Of a DNA stretch of 64,000 nucleotides, positions 55,949-64,000 are shown piece after piece; within the stretch, counting starts at the first letter, position 1, and every line of letters starts with the position of its first letter. The position numbers and the translations under genes were made by a program. The notes beneath the pieces are model-generated. The model worked only from the letters and a program-made list of their open reading frames with translations, was not told the origin of the DNA and did not search any database. The stretch comes from Schmidtea polychroa (taxonomy: Eukaryota): the NCBI GenBank assembly GCA_044892525.1, contig CM097885.1:37636001-37700000 (forward strand), read 5' to 3'.

Positions 55949-58900
55949 TAGGGTGGGTCGAATGTTAATAAATTTTGAGTTCAAGAAAGGAAACATGGTT
56001 AAAAAGTTGTATTTTGGTATAGAAAAATCGAATCAAACCATTTTACTTAGATTTATGGACATTTACTGCTCCCAACTTTTCTCCGAAAATGCAGTTCAAC
56101 ATAAGTGTGAAAACAATGTAATTTGGCTAGTGTCGGAATGTGTTTTGCGCCTTTGTCCATATTTAGATGTAGCTTTCTTAAGAGCTTATAAGTATATTAT
56201 TTACTCTCTTGGGCTGAGATAGTATATTCTGTGTCCTCATCCCGCATTGAAATATATCCTGACAACGTCAGTGATTAGGAAGGGCCAAATTTGAATTATC
56301 CTTTTCAAAGACAAAAATCAACTTTCGAAATTATTTTTTATTAAAAACATCCAGCCAAAAGTTTAGAAATGTATTAGCGAGGGCATAAAAAGAAGTCACA
56401 TGAAATCAGCTTTGCTTTGCACCTTGGGCAATTCCTTCCTTGATTTTTTACACAGTAGTACCATACCATGTCTGGACTTGTGACCAAACACTTTGCAACT
56501 GGCAGAAGAAAAATCTTTGATGGCTCTTTCAACGGCTTGAGAATGACAGGGAAATTGTTCTAATGTAATTTTCTTATTCATCTTCAATTCATGATCCAAT
56601 ATATGAGATAAAAGAGGGGGAGGCGTCAAATTACATTTTGTCCAGTCAATCATGTCAACATATGATGTAGCAGACGACTGAAGAAAGACAGTAGTGCGAA
56701 TCACTTCGGAAGGGAGAAAATTTTGTCTTGCAGTTATGATTTTTTCTGTTGCAAACTTTCTGATTTCTTCATCATCATCACCAACAGCAGCTAGGAGTAT
56801 ATTTTCTGGATGTGAGAAGTAATTGTTGTTCTGAATGACAGGAAAGATGATTTCTTGGTCTGATGGATCCAAATCCTGCAGAAGTTGGAGCATATAAAAA
56901 ATATTTCTTGCACCATCTTGGCATGACGAGTAAGTCTTTATATAAAACCATGACGGTCCATAGAAATTGACAATAAATTTCACTATTCGCATGAGAGGTT
57001 CAGATGGAGCAGTTTCGGACATATATAGTCGCAGAATTCTATTAGCTTTCGTTAGCCAGCGACTGTGATTCAAATTTCCTGGTTGTGCCATTTGTAGAAA
57101 AGGGACATCCTTGTTGTTGTGGTACCCTTTCTGGACTGCCAAGCATACTCTGAGGAAATACAATTGATCAGTGTTCAATTCTTTCTTGACATTTTCACTA
57201 ATATCTACGACCTTTCCAGGAAGGGACATAAAGGCTACTACGGGCTTGTCTTTTGGATCAAAATCAAGAACGCTTCCTATTTCACCACATGACGTTTTTG
57301 GACCTTTTGTTTCTCCACCATCGACGACTGAAAAATACTTCCTGAATGGCAATTCATTTGCATGCAACAAGCATATCAGCCATTGTAGAGGTCGCCCTAG
57401 GCTTTTTTCGAGTCTTCTGATTATTCCATTATTTTTTCCGGTGTTTGTATTGGTTCCATCGCACACAATTGCTTGAAGGGTCAGTGAGGACTGCGTGCTA
57501 ACAATGATTGACATGATTTCTTTACCAATATCCACAGCTTTACTACTTTGAGGTACAACATGATCGATATATGTATCCCCTGGAAAGGCGACAATCACAT
57601 AATGCTCCTCTTTTAGGATCCTTCTATGAAGTAAGGTGGAATCTTGTTTCCCGTCGAAACCGAGGCAAATCAAGTTTTTCGCTTCTGCTGAATGCTGTTC
57701 AATTTCTCTCTCCCTCCAGTACTTTCTCTGACGCCGTAATTTTGCGGGATCGATGATTGTTTGAGAGGATAACAGTTCCATATCTTTCAGAAAAGCGTTT
57801 ACTAGCAAACACGTGTCTCTGTTGCTCACACCACATCTGTCAACAGCTTTACTTAATTCAGTATAATGTCTTCTATTTTGAAATTCATCACATTCTTCTA
57901 CGCTTGACTCTGAGCTTTCTGTTGAATTGTCTAACTTATCTTTACTTTCATCACTAGCGGCTTCACTCTCCGTGTCACTTCTTGAGGTCGGATATAGATC
58001 GTTAACTTCAGTGTCCATTATTTCATTTTTCATTTGTTTTCCTTTTCCTGTAGGGCTGCTTTTCGTTTGTTTTCTCTTCAATTTTGAGGTTTCCTGTCTG
58101 TCCGTATTTCCGATTTTCATGATTCTGGTAGTTTGTTGGTCAATCCAGAACTTCCACTCTAAGGTAGGAATTTTCAAGGCCAATCGGCATGTACACTGAC
58201 TTCTTCCACGAGCACCATCATTAAAACATTTGCAGCAACATATGTCAAACAATTTGGAAAACGAGCTTAACTTATCTTGAAATTTGGCAGATGACCTCTT
58301 GCATTCTGGATACTTCTCTAATTCACGCACTTTTGATATTAGTCGCTTGACACGAACCACAATACTACTGAACTCAACAGTTGGGATACTTGCCTTCATA
58401 TAAATTTCCTTCACCTTATTTGCGAGAAGAGTTGCTTGTTCGTTAAAGCCAGTATGAAATTGCGTACATTTCTCATTGTAACAGTAATCACGAAACACAT
58501 CTTCACAAGTAGGTAATTGGTTTCTGGGTAGTTCACAAGTTTGACCAAACAGACAATGACGTGATTTACTTCTTGTTTTGCGAAATTGCTTATTTCTCTG
58601 TCCCTTCATAACTGCTCTTCTGTACTCAGCTCTGGCAAAATAAAAGTGAATCATCAAGTTAACTTTTAACACTTGACATCCAATCGAAACAAATTAAATT
58701 ATCTGAGTTTAGACTGACTAGTAGTATCCATGTGGATTATGTGTTGACTGTAGTGTGTGTGTGTTAGTATTGTTCAGAAGAAATTGTCTTTGTGAGTGCT
58801 TGTGTGAAGGTGCTTCCGTGAATTAACCTCTCTATACATGCACGCGTTAGCTTGGACTTGTGAATAGAGCATGTCAAAAATGGTCTTTCTGCAAGCGTGT

Positions 58901-59093
58901 GACTACTTGCAGGATGAATTTACAATGGCACGTGTGCGAGCATTTTTACTGGGATAGTACTAATACATACAAACAAAAGTTGGGACCTGTAAACCCTTTT
59001 AAACAGCAGTCTTTTGCAGGGATATTTCATTTTCTAGCATAAGCACAACTTTTTAGGCATGTTTGGAGAAAAAAAAATTTTCGACCCACCCTA
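55949..59093 (-). mobile_element. Full-length hAT-superfamily (hATm-type) DNA transposon
   Basis: Perfect 14-bp TIR TAGGGTGGGTCGAA plus an 18/20 subterminal inverted repeat (AAACATGGTTAAAAAGTTGT). Flanks ATATATAT/TTATATAT. Single long ORF. Confidence 0.9.
56396..58609 (-). CDS. hATm-type DDE transposase (~737 aa from ATG 58609)
   Basis: Uninterrupted ORF with LGFDGKQD, VCDGTNTNTG, WLICLLHANELP (CxxH), HSRWLT and FPCHSQAVER. The start is uncertain; a possible splice acceptor TTTTGCCAG lies just upstream. Confidence 0.88.
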   Translation of the reverse strand: MKGQRNKQFRKTRSKSRHCLFGQTCELPRNQLPTCEDVFRDYCYNEKCTQFHTGFNEQATLLANKVKEIYMKASIPTVEFSSIVVRVKRLISKVRELEKYPECKRSSAKFQDKLSSFSKLFDICCCKCFNDGARGRSQCTCRLALKIPTLEWKFWIDQQTTRIMKIGNTDRQETSKLKRKQTKSSPTGKGKQMKNEIMDTEVNDLYPTSRSDTESEAASDESKDKLDNSTESSESSVEECDEFQNRRHYTELSKAVDRCGVSNRDTCLLVNAFLKDMELLSSQTIIDPAKLRRQRKYWREREIEQHSAEAKNLICLGFDGKQDSTLLHRRILKEEHYVIVAFPGDTYIDHVVPQSSKAVDIGKEIMSIIVSTQSSLTLQAIVCDGTNTNTGKNNGIIRRLEKSLGRPLQWLICLLHANELPFRKYFSVVDGGETKGPKTSCGEIGSVLDFDPKDKPVVAFMSLPGKVVDISENVKKELNTDQLYFLRVCLAVQKGYHNNKDVPFLQMAQPGNLNHSRWLTKANRILRLYMSETAPSEPLMRIVKFIVNFYGPSWFYIKTYSSCQDGARNIFYMLQLLQDLDPSDQEIIFPVIQNNNYFSHPENILLAAVGDDDEEIRKFATEKIITARQNFLPSEVIRTTVFLQSSATSYVDMIDWTKCNLTPPPLLSHILDHELKMNKKITLEQFPCHSQAVERAIKDFSSASCKVFGHKSRHGMVLLCKKSRKELPKVQSKADFM

Positions 59094-59242
59094 TTATATA
59101 TATTATTTATATATATATATATATATATATTATTTTACATTCATATCATTTTGAACATAAGTTTTACAAATACAAAAATACAAACATAACCTTCTTTGTA
59201 TACACACTACTCTTTAATTACTAATTGTGGTCAATGTTATTT

Positions 59243-59313
<71 letters not shown>

Positions 59314-59414
59314 AGAAGAAGAAAAATAAAATCAAGAATAACAATAATAATATTAATAATAATTAAAGTGAGAGGTAGGTACAGGAAAGTATCAAAAAGA
59401 AGAATAATATAATA

Positions 59415-60387
59415 CGTAGTGCGCTCAATAAGTAGGGAGATTCGTATAGAAATAAATAAATAAACGCAAATATATATTTCGCATTTCACAAATTTTTTCC
59501 AGGGTGTAAACAAGTTTTAGAAGGTGATTTTGAAGAAATTCGGAGAATTTTCCTCCATAAAATGCGTCACTTCATCTTTCAAATTGTCTTTTGTGGCAAA
59601 CTTCTGGCTTTGTCGGGATTTCATAAGGTGATTAAACAAGTAGAAGTCAGATGAAATCAAATTGCCACTGTAAGGAGGATGGGGAAGCCAGTTAAGCCCA
59701 CAACTCTTAATTATGTCAATTGAAACTGAGCTTGTAAAAATTAGAGACCATATTACCTATATATTTCTGGGAGTTTCCTTGTTTTTTGCATAAGTTTAGA
59801 ATAGTAGGTGTTGATTCGATCTCCACATTTTCTGAAAAATTAGTCAAAATAATGACAGTATCATACCAATTTCGTGACTTCTTGATGATCGATTTTGCAT
59901 TTTAGCAGTTAAAAACGTGGTACGAAGCAAGAGCAAAATTTCCTTATTCTGTTTTTACAGAGCAATGTATATATATAGTGCCTTTACTCATATTCAGACG
60001 CAATAGTAGCCCTCTGGTTGTCATTTTCGTTTAAGTCTGAAATTATTTGTCAGGTGTTCCGTTAGCTTTTCTTTGATTTCGGAAGTTCTTCTTGAACTTT
60101 ACTCATCAACTGAGTTTCTATCACTCTGGAAGTAATTATACTAACAGTAAATTGTTGCTTTTTATGGGCACTGACTGTCATAAACAGCACTCAGGTCATT
60201 ATTTACTTCTTCTCTACTCTTAGGACTTTCATCTTAAAATAAGTGTTAAAATTTCTTAATTAAGTAATAACTGATTAAAACAAATACCAGTAGATTTACC
60301 TATACACGACTGAATATATATTTACAGTTTGGTTTATTTCATTTATTTACTTATATAAGAGTCTTACTACTTATCGTGCACACTACG
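59415..60387 (-). mobile_element. Decayed mariner transposon
   Basis: Imperfect ~29-bp TIRs CGTAGTGCGCTCAATAAGTAG. Minus strand WLPHPPYSGNLISSDFYLFNHL (YSPDLAPSD motif) and N-terminal HTH NDLSAVYDSQCP. Confidence 0.85.
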
Positions 60388-63071
60388 TGTTGTGGTTTGC
60401 AAAGGAAGGAAAATTCCTTCCGTGATTTTGTTGAGATAGTTTGAGCAGTTGACATTAAATAATTCATTGATCAACAACGAAATGATAAAAGATATATTGC
60501 CATTTTGTATTGTAGCAAAATAGATAATTTATTAATTAGAATGATAAAATTAATTAAATTAATAAATAAAATTATTAATTAGAATAAAAAAGCAATGATT
60601 TTTATTAATTAATAAATTCTTGAAAAAGTTTTTTTAAAGAGTTTAAAATTTTATTATCAATATTTAAACAATTCTTTAATTTTACAAATTACTTTTTAAA
60701 TTATTTAACATAAAATATTTTAATAAATTTGATATAATGTTAAATATGTCATAACTTTTTAATTTCATAAAAGTTTAAAAGTTTATTGGATTTATCCCTA
60801 TAATGAATTTGGAAATTTATATGGATTTCGATATGACTTTCTGACGAGATGTTTTTTATTAAAGCCAAGGTGGTTATCGGTTGATAAAGATCGCCACACC
60901 ACGTAATAATAATAATATTACATAAGTTATTTAAATATTCTGGAATTAAATAAATATTAAAGTGAAAATTAGTGAAACTGAATTGCTATTTTAGATTTGA
61001 CAAGATTTTAGTCTCGCTTTCCGAGTTCTTTAATAATGGAAAACATTTTCAGTTTTTTTTTCAAATCATTAATATTTATATTATGTTAATTTCATGCTAA
61101 ATATTTCGTGACGAAAATTGCAATCAGAATTTAAATGATATCATTGAAAAATTAAAAATTTACAACTGTTTTGACTTGAAGAGGCGAATTATTTATTTGA
61201 AAAATTTGTTTAAATTGAATAAAATTGATTTCAATAAAATAATAATTTGTCCATCATTCTTCTATTCAAAAAACTTTATTTTGTAAATATTTTATAAATA
61301 AATATAAAAAATTATACTATTCAATTATTGCACATGCCGGCTGTAATTGCATAATGCGAATTCACGTTTTATTTTTTCGTTCTGACGAATTTGTTCGCTT
61401 GGGCAAAGAAATTATAAAAGATTTAATCCACAAGCGAATCTGCTAGAAAGCCATTTCCCAAATATCGTCATGGATGTAAAAGGGGTTAATGATTTTAAGT
61501 TTTCTTTTTTAGCTTTATCTAAAAATGTTCATAAAATGTTCATATTTAAATAAATAAAATTCATTTAAAGTTTTAAATATATGAATAAATATTTGAAACT
61601 GTCATTCACATTATTTTATTGATGATAAATGCTTGCTGAATTTTTTTATTATTATTTTGACCTCTCACCAAGAGAACTCTACGACATTTGAATCCATAAT
61701 ATTTTTTATAATTTTAAAAAGGAAAGAATGTAAATAAAATTGAGAGAAAATTTCAATTGTGAAGCAGATAAAATATTTTAATAATAGTGATATATTTTTA
61801 TTTTTATTAATTATATTTTTTCCATAGAACCACAAAATAAAATGGCGAGTAATGAAATTGAAAAAAATTCCAGTGTTTGATAGATTTGTTTTTAATCCAC
61901 TGGACAACTTTTCGATAATTAGAAAAAAATCAATAAATTTTTTAATATAGGTAACACGACAATTTGACTCAGTATGTAAAATCTTGTTAGACTTGGTAAA
62001 ACTTTTGTTATAGGATTCTAACTTCATCAGGGAAAAAATTTCTCTCACCACAAAATTTCCATAATAAAAACGTTACCAAATTAGTATTAAAAAATCATTG
62101 CGTTCCATTGCGCCCAAATAAGTTTTTTATAATTTTTAAAATAATGATTAACTTACTTAAATCATTTTTTATGAAATTTGATGTTTGTAAAACATGTCTA
62201 AATAATTTTAAAAAATATATTATAAAAAATTATTATTAAATTAAAATTAAATTTATAAAAAAGATTATTTATAAATTATATTCAAAATGTTAAAGTAAAA
62301 TATTCTATTGAAATACCCAATAAAATAGATTAATCCAACACATACTACAAATTTATTATTGGACGGAACCGGGGGTATAAGCAAAGATTCTGTATACTGT
62401 CTGATACATACACACACACACACACACTTGTTAATAGTATATAGTCAAATTCTGCGCGTTAATGTATTGCTGCCCCATATAATTAACCACAGAAATGTCA
62501 CGTGACGTTCAAATTGTCTTCATATAGCAAATTCAATTTAGAAATGATACGTATGCACCAGCTTTGTAAATTACTTGCTATAGTAAAATTATTTGAGGTA
62601 AATAATAAAATCCGAAATAACCTAAGGACCCAAATATCATCATTACTCCAGCTCAAATTTAGTTGTTAAAATAAATAAATTTATAAATAGAATTAAAATA
62701 AAAATATAAATTTTGATATAAAATTTAATAATATTTTTATCTTGAAAGGTCGCAATGTCTTTCTTAGTCACTAGCTTCATTTTGGAATATGCTAGACCTC
62801 AAACGTTTAGTACAATAATGTATCGTCCAAAAATATATATTTGATTGGCACTTTACAAAAGGTCAGCCTAGAAACTGTAACTCAACCTCTAACATTATCT
62901 TTTATAACCACAGACGGAATCTACATAGATGTAATATACTCTCAAAATACATGTGCCATTTCGTTTCACCTGCATTATATTTGCAAAATAAGATATCTAA
63001 CAAAATCCAAAAGAGTAAGTTTTGAATTACTACTAAAATAAATAATTTGTAAGAGGCCAAGATAACATATA

Positions 63072-63450
63072 GTCAACCCTTCTATAACGCGGCTTGAAAA
63101 TTGCGAAATTTCTCCTATAAAATGGTAGCTTTATAACACGGATTCTAAATAATATGACTTAACCAACTTGGTTTCCATATAACGCGGTGTACATTAATAG
63201 ACCTAATGGAAAGTTTACTGTAACAGGCTGTATTAAGCAGATTTTTCTCAGTTCCATTTAATTCAGTACCTCTTTTTAAAAAAATTTCTCTTTCAATGTT
63301 CTTTAATGAAAAATAATTTTTAAATGATAATGATAATACATATTTATGTGACTAAGAAATAGCAAAAGTATTAATATTTATTTTTCCATGAATGTTGCTT
63401 AACTATAGTTTCATCTTAATTGAAACAATATGGCGCCATAATAACAGAGT
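63072..63450. mobile_element. Possible decayed Tigger/pogo-like MITE
   Basis: Left end AGTCAACCCTTCTATAACGCGG with repeated TATAACRCGG motifs; right end unclear. Confidence 0.35.
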
Positions 63451-63569
63451 TAAGCATCATTAATATAGGCATTGGACATTAACTTAATGAACGTCTATCA
63501 CTTTCAATGTTTTATTTATTATATTATAAAAGAATTAAACTAATATAAGATACAATTTTGAAAATAAAA

Positions 63570-63765
<196 letters not shown>

Positions 63766-64000
63766 GCAAAATTTATTGGAATATTTATTCGAATATCTAT
63801 TTATATAACAAAACCAGATTGTACTTGTATTTCTTTATGAAGTAAGTGTTTATTTAATAACGGTTTCAACCCAGAGACAGAAGACGTTTATGTCATGATG
63901 TAACTCGGTCATCGTAGGTGGCTTTAGCACTTAAGACATAATATAGGTTTTTTATTAAGATATTTAAACTACGCTCACCAATTACACTTTATTCCAAAAT

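Noticed and set aside
57171..58199. Plus-strand ORFs inside the transposon
   Set aside because: Antisense shadows of the transposase ORF.

Overview
Very AT-rich eukaryotic genomic DNA with many (AAT)n/(TA)n microsatellites. The repeat landscape suggests a planarian flatworm; this is inference, not shown directly. One host gene spans most of the window: a + strand protocadherin with 7 cadherin repeats, reconstructed as four phase-compatible coding exons (3331-3965, 23723-26072, 31449-31590, 48424-48875; 1192 aa). It has a signal peptide, one transmembrane helix and a C-terminal -GSFV motif, and its last exon is missing from the ORF track. The large introns and downstream flank are filled with mobile elements: decayed Ty3/Gypsy copies, many Penelope-like element (PLE) pieces, hAT/piggyBac/pogo MITEs with target-site duplications (TSDs), mariner remnants and one apparently intact hATm-type transposon (55949-59093). 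The main unexplained signal is at least four families of minimal type-I hammerhead ribozyme motifs. Two families use the U3-A8 covariant core, one pair sits back-to-back in a 210-bp palindrome, and several lie in sense orientation in the protocadherin introns. There is also a precise templated-insertion rearrangement at 20048-20639. No wholly new system is demonstrated.
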